Positions 62,077 to 64,000 of a DNA stretch of 64,000 bases are shown piece after piece. The position numbers and the translations under genes are program-made. Source of the DNA: Tricharina praecox (taxonomy: Eukaryota); NCBI RefSeq assembly GCF_024521635.1, contig NW_026250409.1, forward strand, positions 558,001-622,000, given 5' to 3'. The notes under the pieces were generated by a model. That model was given only the letters and a program-made list of their open reading frames with translations. It made no database searches and had not been told where the DNA came from. Each line of letters begins with the position of its first letter. Position 1 is the first letter of the stretch.

Positions 62077-64000
62077 TCTTGCGGTGGTTGCGAAGGAGCG
62101 CGGGGGGGAAGCGGAGCGAAGTGTTGTTTTGGTAGTGGTGGGGGAGAAGTGGTTGATGGGACAACGGGCGGCTCAAGTGGGTTACTGTCGCTGGGGTTGT
62201 GTGGTGTGTTCTGTGGTGAGGTTACGCGCTTTTGTTTCAGAGCTTCGCGTCTCGCTCGACTAGTCGTGGGGAGAGGCGTGGAGTTGAGGATGGGGGGGTG
62301 AATGAGTAGGAGAGAAGGGAGGGATGGCCTTGTTGGGGCGAGGGGTGGTTGTTATTGTTGTGGTTGGTTAGGATGGTTGCAACGGAAACAATCGATGAAG
62401 TGTTGGAGGAACGCCGGGATCACTGCGCAGCCCCTTGCTGCATGGCGGACTAGTGAGGAAAGTATTGGGACGCATAGTACCAAGCCCTCAGCCCAAGTGT
62501 CCCAAGATCATCGTCACTCGTGTGATAGCAACACCACCACCTCCCATGGACATTGGAGACACCGAATAACGAGGCTATCATCGTGTACCGGTGCATGAAG
62601 GGTCCGGTACAAGACAGCGTTTCGAGTGTGTGTATATCGCATCCTTCCACCGTGAGGTTATGGCAGCGGTATCCACACTTCTCTCCCGTGGAATACAACG
62701 CACGGACTCACCATCTCAGCCTTCGGTAGCATGTTATTCCTCTTGGCATCGCTTGTCCACGGATACCGCTTGAATCCGAAATCACACGGGTGGATTTGGG
62801 ACATGCCCGGAGTGATGGTACATAAGATTTTCGATCGGACAGTCACCAAAAGTTATGGTGTCCGAGAGGCCTCAACAATGAACATCTACTTTGGGCGAGA
62901 ACCAGTGGAATGTGCGTTCTTTGTGGCTAAGCTCGTGTCTAGTTTCCGATTAGCTATGATATGCTCATCTGCTATGCTCCCCGACGCGACGAGGGTCCGA
63001 AACGAATACGCGCGTGGGCATCTGCTTCAAAGATGCTGGTTGGAATTCATACGAGGAGCATGCTGCACGGCGACTTCACCGATGTCAGTATAACTAAATA
63101 CTATTCGGACTCCCCCTCTGGTCACCGCGGCTGTAGCCAAGTAGCTGCCACTCGATGCTCACTCTGCCCTCGCCGCCGGCGGTGCAGCTGGGGCCACTCC
63201 ATCGCCACTGGACGAGAATCCGTTTATCAAGCACCCAAATAACCTTGCTAGACTCATAACTCCAAGAAGACTGCGTGAGCACATCGGTCTATCCAGAGCA
63301 GATATGTAATTCTCATTCAGAGCGATCCATTGAATGTCACTCGGCGGTTTCGTGTATTCCCTTAGCTGAAACCTTTTGTCGCTCCAAAGGCTTGCCCAGG
63401 AACCGACCAAGCCACAGATCGACCAAGTTTCTGCCTATTTACTCCGAATTTCTGCCTGCTTATTCCAAAAATCGGAGCGTTTCGTGGACCACGAGAAGGT
63501 GGACTCGGAAACTAGTCTCTGGGTATCCAAATCCAATAGGTATCGTGCTGTCATAACTGATCGACTCGAAGTCGGATGCCCAGAGGATGGAGGAGGCCAA
63601 TGATAGGATGGATAGGCGAGCGTGTCGATCGATTGTCTGCTTCATGTGTTCCTGAGTGTGACTTGCCGCCTTGTGCTTGGCTGCGGCTCTGAGTTCTACA
63701 TGGCCACAGAGAAGATCGCTCAGCGCACCCACGAAGAGTAGAAGTACCTGACCAGAGTAAGTAGTTGTAGTGGTAAGTGCGGCGGAGTCCATTCGTCTGA
63801 GGGACAACACGACTGATTGATACATACCGTACCGTGTGGGTGTGTTTGCCGTCCGAGGAAGTAGGTACACAATTGATTGGTACGATGTAGATGTGTTTTT
63901 TCCGTCTTCTCCTTCCCCACGATGGGGATGGCCAGCTTGTGGAGAAGAAGCCCGTGGGTTTCAAGGAGAGGTTTCTGTTTCCAGACAGACGACCTGCAAT

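Noticed and set aside
62300..64000. Several 60-137-aa ORFs at the window end
   Set aside because: No recognisable motifs or coherent exon chain; a gene extending beyond the window cannot be excluded.

Overview
This is eukaryotic DNA from a filamentous ascomycete: short GT-AG introns with CTAAC/CTGAC-type branch points. A Pezizomycete origin is plausible from gene and repeat style but is only an inference. I can support about 17 protein genes: GH43_24+CBM35 galactanase, tyrosinase-like, MARVEL, MBOAT_2 acyltransferase, coiled-coil protein, LDAH-like hydrolase, POS5, a very large F-box protein, a small 2-TM protein, CLPTM1, LOG, PRE5, VPS55, CRT10-like, ITT1/RNF14-like RBR ligase, ABZ1 and CKS1. 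There are also three intron-containing elongator tRNA-Met genes and several MITE, foldback and LINE remnants. The most striking observation is a U2 snRNA gene (41700-41939, minus strand) that is itself split by a 61-nt canonical spliceosomal intron in stem-loop I. It has an intact TATA box plus tandem AGCCCTA motifs upstream and a non-canonical stem-loop IV. Secondary leads are a long hairpin-forming VPS55 intron, a possible non-AUG mitochondrial extension of LOG, and an intron-gated RGG tail on the RBR ligase. Exon boundaries were read by eye and no searches were run.
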